DNA of 64,000 bases from Ptychomitrium polyphyllum (Eukaryota): the NCBI GenBank assembly GCA_973851085.1, contig OZ316776.1, forward strand, positions 7,192,001 through 7,256,000. The letters are read 5' to 3'. The notes under the pieces are model-generated. The model searched no databases, was not told the origin of the DNA, and saw nothing but the letters and a program-made list of their open reading frames with translations. This document shows, one piece after another, positions 12,475-26,000 of this stretch (the stretch's first letter is position 1; each line of letters starts with the position of its first letter). The position numbers and the translations under genes were made by a program.

Positions 12475-15400
12475 CAAACTTCCATCGCGCATGCCCAATT
12501 GCCCGCAGGTGCTTTTCTCTGCCCGAGTGGGCCTGGCTCGACAGAGCAGCTGGCGGACGAGCCGCGGTGGACTGCGAATCCCCTTCCCCACCTCAAAGCT
12601 GGCTCTCCAGAATGTTCACCACCTTTCAGCCCAGCGTCGTAGACTGCTGGAACCGGATCGGCCTAAGACATCTTTGCGTGTCTCTCGAGATAAGTGATCG
12701 CGATGCATACCAACCAGTTCACCAACACCTCTTATTTGAGTCACCTGGAATAAGTATCTGGAGGTTAGTGGACGTGAAATCACCAGGGTTGGGTGCAGCT
12801 TGCAATAAATCCGATTTTCTGATTTTCTGCAGGTCGCAGCTCTATCAAACACGTTTATGCTTTGAAATTGGCCAATGGCATTGCAGAACCAGCGGATTTT
12901 TCCAATCGATAGCCCTCGACACGGATCACAGCGCCAATTTACTAGTTGATTCCGCACACTTACAATCAGTTGCCTCGTCAAAGTTGGCGACATTTTTACC
13001 CGCCCATGAGATTCCCTGGATGTTTAATCTGAAACTTTCTGCTCAAAGGTGGAGATGAAAAATTCTGCCTAGATCTCATGTGGTGTACATGTGTCCGTGT
13101 ATGTATCCTGTGGTGCTGATCTTATGATTCAAATCACTTAGTTTGTGCTTCGTAAACTCGTACTAGCAGGGTTAATTCCGACCAACTCCATTAAAGGTCT
13201 TGTTCTCGAGAAGAACACAAATGCATGCCCGCGGCGGATCAGACAGCCTGCTCCTACTAAACAATCAGGTATCCTGGCCTTCACAAGCAGAGAACCAGCG
13301 CTAACCGCTCACTGTTGCGCAGCTTGATGTCACCACCAGAGGGTCATGAATCGACCCCAAAGTAATTGCTCCCAGAATGTGATGGCACCTAACTATTCAC
13401 GGTGTGGACGTTAAGAATTGAGAAGGCCTGTTTATGCCGTTCTGTTCTACCTACTGAAGGGGTTTTCTAAATGGCCGGAGGTAACGGAGTTGTCGGTCAA
13501 ATGGTATTGTCTGTTGCATATTGGTGTTTAGGCTTTGATTTGTGCTGATTCCAGGAATAAAGGGGTCTTATAATCTGTTCAGTTGATTTGGCACAGCTAT
13601 AGATTTCATAAATTGAGGTTACAGGGTTTAGACCTAGATGACTGAGGAAACAAGATAGTCGAATGAAATTGTGGTTTAGGTGTGTTTTGAAAGTTTCAGG
13701 TATTTTGTTCACATTGAGATGTTTGGGTTTATATTTATAGTGTAAATTTTGGAGTCGTGCATAGAAAGAATCATAACACTTTAGAAAACACTAAAATAAT
13801 AACAAGAAATCGGACTAGGTGTAATGTGTAATAGATTCGTTTGTGAAAGGCCTTCAATAAATTCTTCATGAGCATGTGGGATTTATGGCCTCTTACGTAC
13901 TTTTTTTTTTTGGGTGTGAATCCGGAATACCTGTAGGGCATAAAGGTTTAAGCGAAGCCAGGAGGAGGAACCGTGACGAAGTCTCTTGACCGTCGTCCCC
14001 ACCATAGTCAAACCCAACAGCATGATCAGCATGGCGATAAGGTTCCACAGGGTCGACCGCTTTCGTATGCATCAGCTTGCACCGGGATGGAGACGCAGCA
14101 CCGGCTTCACCAACAACATTGATTCTCTCCTCTCTTCACTAGTCACTCTGCTGCGGAGGATAATCATTGTAATTTTCAATTATTGCAAAGGATTCGTATT
14201 TGGCATCGACGCTGCTCCATCGAGCACCAGTGCTAGAATGTAAAGGTCCGTGGATTTAAAGTGCAGAAAGTAAACCGTGCACTCCTTGTGTGAACATATG
14301 TTTGGGTTATGAGTAAGTTGAACGTGACACAGACTTGTGTGGTGAGTTGAATGTGCGACAGACTAGTGTGGTAAGTGAACGTGACACAGACTTGTGTGGT
14401 AGTGAGGGGGCAAGCAGGATAAATTGGACAACTTGAGCTGCACTTTGGTCACCTAAAACTTGAGAGTAAAGCAGGCGACGAATAGTGAGGAAAGTAAGTG
14501 ACGAATAGTGAGAGGAAAGTGAGTGACGAGTAGTGAGAGGATAGTGAGTGATGAATAGTGAGAGTAATGCAAGTTGTAAATGTGAAGTGAATTAAAGGTA
14601 ACAAATATTTATTGAGAACATGATTTTTGAGATTGAAATACTTATATTAGTGTGTTAAACAATATACATTTTGACATGACATATCCAAAATTCTTTGAAG
14701 GTGTTGTTTGAAATATAAAGTTCAAAACATCTTCAAACATCACCTTTACTTATCTTTTATACTCCTTTTGAAAATGTGGGTATGGATTGTTATACATTTA
14801 ACAATTGCTTGAGTTTTTAATGCAATGTTCTATCAACTTGTATATTTTTGTTATACCTTTGAAACACATTATAAAAGTATCAAACATTAAAGGCAAAGAA
14901 AATAAGGAAAAATTGCACATATACACATTGTACAAAGTACAATTATCACATATATAATACTCTAATAGGTTAAAAATCAATTTATCAAGAGGAACTCATT
15001 GTGAAATAAAAATATTCCACTTTGATGCGTTTCTTTGAGGCTTTTGATTTGAACAAAATAAAGGGCCACCTCATTGTTGGATACAATTATAAGGTTGATT
15101 TGTAAGTAGGGTGAATATGATATACATGTCATAATATGAGTCATACATTCCGTAACATGCCTACCTTTGTAGCCATCATTTTATAAAATGTACTTTCTGC
15201 TATTCTAGTATTTAAGAAAACAATAAGGGATTGTACCAACCTTACCATGTCACATCTGCACAAACATCTCACTTCTTATATTAGTTAATCCATATAACTT
15301 TTTATTTTTATTCATATTAATATCGCTCTAATTGGATTTCTATACATGCTTCAAAATTATTATGAGCATCTTGCATGCACAAAACCAATGAATGGTTCTA

Positions 15401-18400
15401 CAAACCTGCCAAACATGATACAATTGTGTCATATACTATAACAAATTTCTCTCAAATAAGGCATTTATTGAAGTCAAAATTTTCAATGAAATTTGGACAA
15501 TAAATTTTACTACGCACTCAATTACATGAATTATGGCTTCAAAATCTAATATAATGATATCATACACAATCAAACAATAATAGTGCCAAAACATTCAATT
15601 CATCCCTGCATTGAGATGTGGCTACTTTATTGTAGTTAAAAGCCTCCATGACAATACATTCTAACCTAGCAATATATGGACAATCTATGGATGTGTTCAA
15701 GTGATTAAATATTAGTTAAAAACTTAAAATTTTATATTTAATAGAATGTTTCTTAAGTTGAAATTTCTAATGAAATTTACATCATCAAAAAGATGGAATA
15801 ATGACTCCATTTTGAAAGATTCAAAGCTTCAAATAAATAACATCCATTCAAAGGAACACAACATCATTGCACATCAAGTATAGATTTACATAAATGTTTA
15901 AGTAAATAATACATACACTACCAAACAATTACAAATAGAGCTTGTTCAATGCTACAACAACTATAGATTCTTTAATGTGTATCCAAGCTTACAAATACGC
16001 TTACGTGATCTAACAAAAACAACACACAATGTCTTCATACTCTACACCCTAGCAAATTTATAATTCACTAATTAAAAGTGAAAAGGCTCCTACAACATCA
16101 TAAACACTAACTTCGCATCCAAAGATTAGTTGCATCTATCTACAATTTATAAATTCAAAATATCATTCTCTAGAATACTGTCATTGCGAAGGATCTTTTA
16201 TTCATGCATATTTCTGCCAAAAGTATCCAAACATGTATGCTTACAACAAGTGTGCTCAAACTCATCCTTTAACAATGGCTTTTGCAGGTGGTAATCTTCA
16301 ATTCCATAAACAACTCAATTACAAATTCCCTCAAAGCTTTTCCGTACAAGATAGCATTTGCATATGTGTCTATTACATTCATGTGCTCATGTGGTCGCAA
16401 TACATAACTACAAAAGAACATGGACATAGTCCTTGATGTATTTGATTCCAAAACACCCTCTTACAAATGTTGTGTCTTCCCCCTCGTGAATAGACATCTC
16501 AACGTTCCATGTGCACAATCAAACGACTTCAAAATCCAAATGGTCAATGTTCATTTGCTACCAGTGCCTACAAGATTCAGATGTCACATATCACTAACGC
16601 CCGAGGAAGTACAAAATTCTATACATTGGATGATGCAAAAGATGATCTCCTTCATAACATGGAAAGACCTCTTGTCACACCATCTCTAGATCCACGTGAT
16701 GTTGGGCAGCGGCCATTGCTTGTTTATGACAGAACCACAAGAACAATACTCGTACTTTTGGCATTCCAAAAGTGCGGGTGAAATTTGGATCTTTTGAAAC
16801 CAATGGATGTTTCCGGACACCTAAAGTGAAGTTGCAAATGGCCAATCAAAGAATCTTTGGAAAAGGCGCTTTCCGACCGTTGCTGCCATGTGCCTCTTGA
16901 TTGGTGTGTACGAAGAGTACGTCATGTCTACATCGTACGTTTGTTGAGGAGCACCTTCTGTGCAAACGCGTCCTTGTCATAGCTATAGCCATTCCTTGAG
17001 CCATCACCAATGCAAAATCCACTGCTCACTTTGGAGTGGCAGTTGTCTTCATGGTAGGTGAGCATCTTTGGTACAAAGTACAACTTTGTGCTTCAAAGTA
17101 CTTTGAGAATATAATCTTTGATCTTCTTATCTATGCAGTTGCAAAGGACTTAGTCAACAAGGAGGAGGATTTCTTCTTTAATAGGGTATAACTAAGCTTT
17201 TGTGGTGTAGGAATTGTTATTGTCTTACACTATAATCAACTTGATTCGGGTTCTTCCATTATTTAAGACATGTGTCTAATCCTTTGAATCATTTGTGCTA
17301 ATGCCTCAATTTGTTGAAATACTATTATTTAGACTATTTTTGACAAGACATTGTTGGTTGGTGTACCACTTGACATGACACATGACTGTCTCAAACTTGC
17401 TTATAGTGTGCAAATTCATGCTTATAGCCTCCTTGAATTCAAACATCGTTGCTTCTATTATAGTGTAAGCCAATTGGAAATAAGATTGTAGGCCAATGTA
17501 TCTTATTATTTTATGTTAAAGTGTATAAATACATATACAACCTTTGAACACAATCATTGAATACACATTTATCTTGCATGAATTGATTGAGCGTGAGTAA
17601 TCACCAAAGACTTGTTATAGATTGAATGATGCAATTAACCCAGTTGGCAAAATTTCCAAGTGAGTATCACAAAGAAGCTTCACAAAGGCTTGACTTATGT
17701 TTCCAAGGTCAGATTTTGCTAGGACTTTGAGAATACCAGGTGTGTTTTTAGATTGGAATACCCATAACTTTAAATGCCTCCTTCCAACACTACCACTTGG
17801 TTCTTTATGCTTACTCAGTCACTAGTATGAACTATCTGAGATGTGCAATAGTGTAAATCATTGGAAGATCATCGGACCATACACAATTGGCGGATCAATT
17901 GTATTCCAGAGTGACTTTGAAGCACAAAGCTGTACTTTGTACCAAAGATGCCCACCTACCATGAAGACATGTGCCACTCCAAAGTGAACAGTGGATTTTG
18001 AATTGGTGATGGCTTAGAAATGGCTAGAGCTATGACATGGATGCGTTTGCACAGATGGTGCTCCTCAACAAACGTACAATGTAGACATGACGTACTCTTC
18101 GTACACATCAATCAAGAGGCACATGGCAGCAACGGTCGGAAAGCGCCTTTTCCAAAGATTCTTCGATTGGCCATTTGCAACTTCATCGTAGGTGTCCGGA
18201 CACATCCATTGGTTTTAAAGGATCCAAATTTCACCTGCACTTTTGGGCTGCCAAAAGTACGAGTATTCTTTTTGTGGTTCTATCATAAACAAGCAATGGC
18301 CGCTGCCCAGCATCACCTGGATCTAGACATGGTGGCTAGGGCTCTTTCCACGCTATGAAGGACGTCACGTTTTGGATCATGTAATGTATAGATTTTTGTA

Positions 18401-20796
18401 CTTCCTTGCACAATAGTGATATGTGACACCTGAATCTTGTAGACACTGGTGGCAAATGAACATGGACCATTTAGATGTAGGAAATGATCAGGGACCATTT
18501 AGATTTTGAAGTCATTTGATCGTGCACATGGAATGTTGAGATGTCTATTTACTATAGAGAAGACACATCAATTGTAAGAGTGCCTCTTAGAATCAAGTAT
18601 ATGAATGATTAAATCCATGTCTTTTTGGAAGAACGTATTGTGACAAGATCAGCACTTGAATTTTGTGCTTACAAATCTAAGTGCTATCTAGAACTAAAGA
18701 GCTTTGAGGGAATTTGTAGTTGAGTTGTTTGTAGAGTTGAGATTTACTATCTGAAAAGCCATTGTTAAAGAATGTGTTTGGGCACACATGTTGCAAGCAT
18801 GCATGTTTGAAGTACTTCTTGGATTAAAATGGAAGAATAAAAGGTCCTTCACAATGATGGTATTCTAGAGAATGATATTCTAAATTAGTGAGCTACTGTA
18901 TAGCGTGGAACGCGTTTTAGTGGTCCTCTTGGAATACCAGTAGTCTTTTGTAGATATCACAAAAGGGATAATTAGATGGATTTTATGTTGCTTGCAGGAA
19001 TACAAACCAAAGTGTGATGATGCATGTTTAGCTTTGGAGAGCAATTTGCATAGTAGAGAGAGTACATAGGAGGGGCCTGTCAAGATGTATTATCATAATT
19101 TGTAAAAGAAGGAGTTTGGAATGTAGAAGAACTATAGGTTACCATATTCAAAGTGGCAAGTCTTACATTGGTTGGGTGCAATGATTTAGAGCTTTATTTT
19201 GAACTATTGTGGCATTTAATTGTGACTTTATTAATTCATTGTTGTTGAATGAAAGCATTACCTATAACCAAAGACTCCTAAATTTTGACATAAGCAAAAA
19301 TTAGTAAGTATTATTCAAAACATACAACAACAAATTTCCATGTTGTATGGACTATTAGTAGTTTGTTAGAAGAATCAAAGGAAGAATATGCAAGATGTGG
19401 TAGATAGAAGGAAATTCTAGGTAGAAAGGTAAAATAATGTAAAATTACTTAGTTGAAGTAGTTTCATTTGGAAGGTGCATTTAAAGTTGTGGATTTCATA
19501 AGTCACCAATACGTATGATTTGAGTGTACGCATGCATCTTTACATATGTATTGAATTTACTTGTGTACATTAATCAGGAACAAGCAGCAAAATGTGTAAC
19601 GGTACCATTAGGCAATGGATCAATACATTGATCATGATACAACATCATGTAAGATGATATTTCAAATTGTTTAGTTCTACAAGCATTGTGTCAACAAAAG
19701 AAAATTCTTACATTACTTAAGTTGAAGGCACGATTTGAAATTTATTGAGACTCAGCATGTATTATGCATGGAAAGACAAGACAAGGAATCAACACAAGGG
19801 GATGGTCTAACTAGACTTATATCACAATAAGGTTTAAATCTAAAAAGTCTAAACTGGGCCACAAAATCTGCGTTGTCTAGACTCAAAATCTCTCCAACTT
19901 TTATTCTTACATATACTAGAAAGAAAAGCCTTGGAAGCTTCACAAGAGGATTCCAATAGAAGGCTTCGTACTCAAGCAACCTTGAATTGCTCCTTTGGAA
20001 GCTTCTTTAACCAAGGTAGCTTCTTCGGAACCTTCCTAGACCTTCTTGGATCTTCTCAAAACCTTCTTGAATTTCCTTAGACCTTATAGGAACCTTCCTA
20101 GACCTCCTTGAACCTTCTTGGTCCTTCCAAAAGCTTCTAATCTATATGATTGTGATAGCATGTGTGAAAGAAAATTTCACATTTCATGCAATGATTTTTT
20201 TGTGCGTTGATTAGGACAACGTTCTAATATAGCAGAGCAAGCAAGAATAGAATGAAATCATTCCAACTTCTTGGCTTTGTTTGTTGTAGGATTGACCAAT
20301 GCAAATATTCAATCATTTGCACAAAAATGTTTAATGCACAGTGGACAACAACGATGATACTTTGAAGATACGGAAGCAAAGACAAAATAGATGGAGATAG
20401 ATTATACTCAAGTAAATGCAATGAAATGGATGTTGAAGAAAACCAGTGAAGGAAATATTCATTTAAAGCTCTAATGCAAGTCAAGCTCATGGAAGAAATT
20501 TAGGTTTTTGTCAAAATGAATAAAAGATTGTGCTTCAATGTCGAAATAAAGAATCATAAATAGCAGAAGAAACAAATGTATTCCATCCTTGAGAACATTG
20601 TATGGTACATGTATCATACGGTGAAGGATATAGAATTGCAAATTCTTGATATAGTGTAGTGAAACTTTGAGGCACATGGAAATCTAAATATGTACCAAAA
20701 CTAAGTCACACATTTTCACGTTGCACAATGCATCTCTAAAACAAATGGAACATGGTTAGGTTGTAAAGTGCATACATTTGATTGATTGCAAAGCTG
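12475..20796. repeat. Right arm shared by both inverted-repeat systems (12475-18666 pairs with 1-6192; 17708-20796 pairs with 6347-9436)
   Basis: Reverse-complement identity as described for the partner arms. Confidence 0.95.
19760..20157 (-). mobile_element. Solo LTR, duplicated mirror of 6986-7383
   Basis: Same sequence in reverse, flanked by GCATG on both sides. Confidence 0.75.
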
Positions 20797-21244
20797 CTGT
20801 TGTATATGGAAGTACAATTGCACTAACATATGTATCTAAAGTATTGCAACAATTAGTATTATATACGTCCAAAGCTACTTGCTTAAATGAATAATGTGTA
20901 TCATTTGTTATTGAATGTGGCATAATTTTTTGGAAATGATGAATATTGCTAGATATGTAGATTTTATTATACAAAATAGCACCTAGACGTTTCATTGGCA
21001 GTTGCCACATTTTCAAAAGTCTATTTTGCGGAGTAGTACGCATTAGCCGTTTAAGACGGTTTCCAAAAACTTAGTGTAATTGATGGAATATATACAAGAT
21101 TCAAATTGGCCTCAAAATGCATGTATTGAAAGTGATGGAAAATGATTTGCAATATAATGCAAGCGTATTAGAATATGGTCATGGCTTGATTTCAATCCAC
21201 AAAGAACAATATCTGAAAACTATAACAAGCATGCAAAAGCAATT

Positions 21245-21641
21245 TGTTAAATCACAAATAATTAAAAGCAAATAGCTTCTAAGGAGGTAATTATTAAGAA
21301 GAATTGATATAAAAACTAGATTGAGGGCACAACACAAGTATGGTCCTCAACTTGTGTTAGAAAGAGAAAGGTATATCTTGTCTTACCTTTTATTTATATT
21401 ATGACGCTTTGTGTTTTTTAAAGAACTTCTATAGAACCTTCCTACGAAGCTTAAGAGTGTTCTAGTAGTCTATAGAACCTTCCTAAGAAGTTTTCCACAA
21501 AAATGGAACCTTCCAAAGAAGTTTATCAAGGAGGTGTAATGGCTATAGAAGCATTGAAAGAATTCTAAGAAACTATTATAATGCACTAAAAGGTTTACAG
21601 AAGATTCTAAAGACTATCTTATGTAATATATGTCTATGACA
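21245..21641 (-). mobile_element. Degraded solo LTR (family of 22030-22507 and 43762-44406)
   Basis: TGTTA...GACA ends; collinear similarity to 43762-44406; no clear TSD. Confidence 0.6.
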
Positions 21642-22029
21642 TCACCTCCTATTGACAATTGGATGGTACTTCTTCTTAAATTAACACATTCGCTTGACAA
21701 TATAGTTGATAAGAGAATCCATCAAGTAATAACCTTTGAAGGAAAAAATGACACGTAATCAAAATTTCAAAAGTAGATCGAACTAAGAGAAATAAGCGCT
21801 CAAACTTACAAAGAAGAAAATATAATCATTGTTAATGATGCATTTGACACTAGTCATATAAATGCAATACACAAAGAGATGTCACAAAAAGCATAGACAA
21901 TCACTATGAAACAAAAGTACAGCATTGATATAATGAAAGTGATACAACTAAAAATGGACCTGCTAAGGAAGGTGTAGTAGCATGCAAATATGCAGCCTAT
22001 GGTAGCAATAAAAAAGAAGTGGAGCAGGA

Positions 22030-22507
22030 TGTCACGGACATAGATCATGTAGCATAGTCTTTAGAACCTTCTAAAACCTTCTAGTATATTGTAGTAGCTT
22101 CATAGAATACTTTCAATGCTTCCATAGCCGTTGCACTTCTTTAGGAAGTTCCTTAGGAAGGTTCCACCTCCTCAGAAATCTGCTTAGGAAGGTTCCACTT
22201 CCTTGGAAAACTTCCTAGGAAGATTCTACCATCTTTGAAAACTTCTTAGAAAAGTTTTGTTGACTTCTAGAACATTCTAAAGCCTTGTCAGAAGCTTCTT
22301 TAGAAGTATCTTAAGAGATATAAGCGCCATAGTTTAAATAAGAGGCAAGACAAAGGTATACCTTGGTCTTGCCAATACAAGTTGAAGATCATATTGTATC
22401 TTGCCTTGCTCTAGTCTTTGTATCAGTTCTTGGTAATCATTAGCTCTTTGGAAGCTAATTCTCGGGAGACACTTTGTCTTTGCTTCTTGTTTTTTGTGTT
22501 CCTAATA
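22030..22507 (+). mobile_element. Solo LTR (Gypsy-type)
   Basis: Starts TGTCACGGACATAGATCATG, ends ...cctaata; flanks CAGGA/GAGGA (4/5 TSD); reverse complement of 43762-44406; aggaaggttcc internal repeats. Confidence 0.8.
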
Positions 22508-22944
22508 GAGGAAGTGAATTTTATTGCCAATGATATGTAAGAATAAAAAGTGCACTATAGATGGAAGAAAGAAGTTCTTCGTGTGAACAATCTAATGTAT
22601 GAAGTCAATGGTGAATACTATGTGGGTTTTCTGTATTAATATTAGATTCAAGAAGATCCATGTGGTTCTACAATTGTCTTTGGCAAGAATCAATTAAGCA
22701 CTTTTGAAGCAAAATACTTTTAAGAAGATTAAGTTGTTACAATTGCCACAACAAGCAATGATTATACAAATAGTAAAGATGAAAGTTTTAAAGCTGCCAT
22801 CTTATCAAGAGAAAACAATGTATTGTTCCTTCTTTTGAACCTTGTATTTTATACAATCTAAAGCAATGAGGCTAATAATCATATTTTGGAAGAATACCGC
22901 CTTAATAATTTGGAAGTTCTTAAATTCATAATAGAGTTCTATCA

Positions 22945-23070
22945 TACATATATACACACACACAATTTACACACACACACACATACATACATACATACAT
23001 ATATGTGTGTATTTATGTATATGTATATGTATATGTATGTATGTATGTAGGTATGTATACATGTGTATGT
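22945..23070. repeat. Compound microsatellite (CA/TA/CATA followed by TATG)
   Basis: Read directly in the sequence. Confidence 0.85.
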
Positions 23071-26000
23071 AAGAATATGAACCATGAATAATGGTTTAGT
23101 ATATGTTCTATAAAATAGAAGAAATATTGTACATATAGATACTAAAATTGGAAACTAAGTTAGTGCAATGAAAATTTTGAATAGTGATGATTATAACATA
23201 TTCTATGAAGACTATTGAGATGTTCCAATTGTATATATGATTTGATGAAATGTATAGATATTTACGTATGTTTTTACTTAACTATTACTTCATATATCTA
23301 TGTATGTATGCTGAAAGATAAGTGCTATAATAGAATTAGTTGTATTGAATGTTTATACAATTGCAATATTTACATATACAATTGAAGCTTTGAAAAAAAT
23401 TGAAGTAAAATTTTTTTTCATTACCCCTAAGTTACTTCTATATGAAATCAAAGATGCTACAAGAATAAATTCTTTCATGTCTTTGGCATTTGCAAAACCA
23501 TGAAGCTTTATTAATAGTAATTTGTTTTGTAGATTTTGGATTCCAATAGCGAGTTTGAAGACTAAAATTTTAATTTTAATATATTTGGTTGAGCATCAAA
23601 AGCTTAAATGCATGAGTAATTAAAAGTTACATATTGTGTGTGTATATAATAATAATTTTTAATTTTATTGAAAACTTTAGCTTGATATTTAAGACAAATC
23701 AAGTTGGCCTTCAAAAGAAATATCACATGGAAACTTGGTATTTTCATGGATATAAATAATACTATATTGATTATCTACATAAATGGAGTTGGCCAAAATT
23801 TGCCATTCATAGATGAAAAAGATGGAGAAACAAAGGATTGGTTCTATTTTATTTAACCAACAAAGTCATATGAAATTTCATTATGCATTTATTTATTTTT
23901 ACATTGTATCTGAAGCTATCCTTAAACTATAATATAACAAAGAGAAGCATGAAATGAATGTGTATGTTAGTACAAACAAAATTTGTGCACATGCAACCGG
24001 CAAAAGCATTTCAAACGTTTGACCTTTATTGAACATTGACAAAGGCAAGGAAGTATTTTATTTATGCTCAATTTTGCTCTTGCTAAAAATGCTTATTTCT
24101 AATTTTGGCTCTTACATGTGGCTTTTGCGTGACACCAATGTGAACTAGATAACTTCCAATTAATTCCTTCAACACTAAAGGTTCTTTTTATGGTTATGGA
24201 CATTTTTAAGGATGGACATTTAAGTAGATGGTTCTACTTTTAAATTTTGAAAATTAATTGTTCATTAAATTTATTTGCAAAGTCAATTTAAAGATGAAAC
24301 TTTTAACATTCATGGAAAAAAACCTTGAAGAAAAATAGAAAAAACTTATTCTATGCAAAGTTATAAACCAAAAAAATCTATTGTCATTGTTTTTCAAACT
24401 TCTTTGTAGAATCCATGCCTTTCACCAAAGTTCCAAGTCCATGGTCCACAAAGAAACACCGCACTATTTATTTGTCACAAGGCGTTATAATATTCAAATA
24501 GAGTACAAAATTGAGTTTAAAAAGAAGGCAAAAAAGATGATTTTTTCAATTATTTTATTTTTGTCAATATAATATTTGTGAAAATGTCACATGGCAAATG
24601 AAAATGTAATAAATGATTTTTTTACAAATATCAATGATACCAACCTGAAAACTATTCTATATAAAAAGGTTCAAGTATATATTGATGACTTGTTTGTTAA
24701 AAACAAGAAAAAATATCACTTACAAATATGTTGTTTTCACAAATAGAATGTTAAAAAATGTCCAAAATTAATGACCAGTCTATTATGCATAAAAGAAATT
24801 GATTGGACGGGGCACATAATTTTAATTCAAATGTTTATGAATCATGTTGGACTATCCACACTTGTACTTTTTAAATAAATCCACTTCCAAATTCAAAAAG
24901 ATTGATGAAGAATTTACTTTAGATTTTTCAATTTTCTATTACATATTGTATATAGTTCATTTATAGAAACTATAGACAACAATGACTACAACAACAACAA
25001 CAACATTACTACCACCACTACCATTGTCAAATGACATCAATGTGTTTTGAATTGAAATGACACCAAAATATCACTCTATGTGATTTTGATGTTGATTTAA
25101 GGTCATCTTGATATCCTTTTTATCTATGTCATTTCCATGTCACTTCTAGGATTATTTTAGTGTCATTTTAATGTGAAGATGACATCAAAATTACTTGATA
25201 ATGATAAATTATGTACTGGCATCATGTTGACGCCAGAATTTTTGTCTCCAAATCTACTGATGTCCAGTACACTTCAAGAATTTGTTACTTTGGAGTTTTT
25301 GGCTTGCTTGATATGAGGTTCCAATTCTTGAAGTGTGGATACTTTTGTTTAGAGTATGTTCTTTAAGCATCGCAGTTACAAAATATTACATGAAACTACA
25401 AAAATGATGAGAATCTTTAACATGAGCATTGGGTTCTACACCACTACGCACAACTTGTTGATAATCTGGCATAATTTTTCCAAACCCAGTCCATGGCCTA
25501 GTCCGTTGCTCAGATAGATCTGTATGGGGTCAATATTGTCATTGACCTTTCCACATACTGAAACCCATTCTTGAGAAGAACAGAAGTTTCTAGTTTGCAC
25601 ATGTATGCAAAATGGGTTTCTGAAAATTTGCTCACTATATACGGTAAGTTACAACCAATCACAGAAAAAAATTGTAACACGCCATCACTTAAGATTTCCT
25701 AGATTGATTGGTACATGGGACCATGGAGATACTTTGTTGACTTTCATGACCTCATATATAGCATGAGCATGAACAAAAATCTGAGGCAAAAGCATTGCTG
25801 TTTCCTTATTAAGTCAGAGAAGTTCTGTTAAAATACTTGCTGTAACACAAGTGTTACTTTAACTCCACTGGAGGTTTATTCAAGCCACACTGGAAGGCAT
25901 TAGGATTTGAGAAGAGTTCAAGCTCAATAACAGCAGCTCCACATCCAATATAAAGTAAAGACATTGCACACATGACTGAGACACAACGAACAGCAGATTG

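Noticed and set aside
25020..25240. Degenerate atgacatca/tgtcat motifs in both orientations (MITE-like)
   Set aside because: No definable TIR pair or TSD
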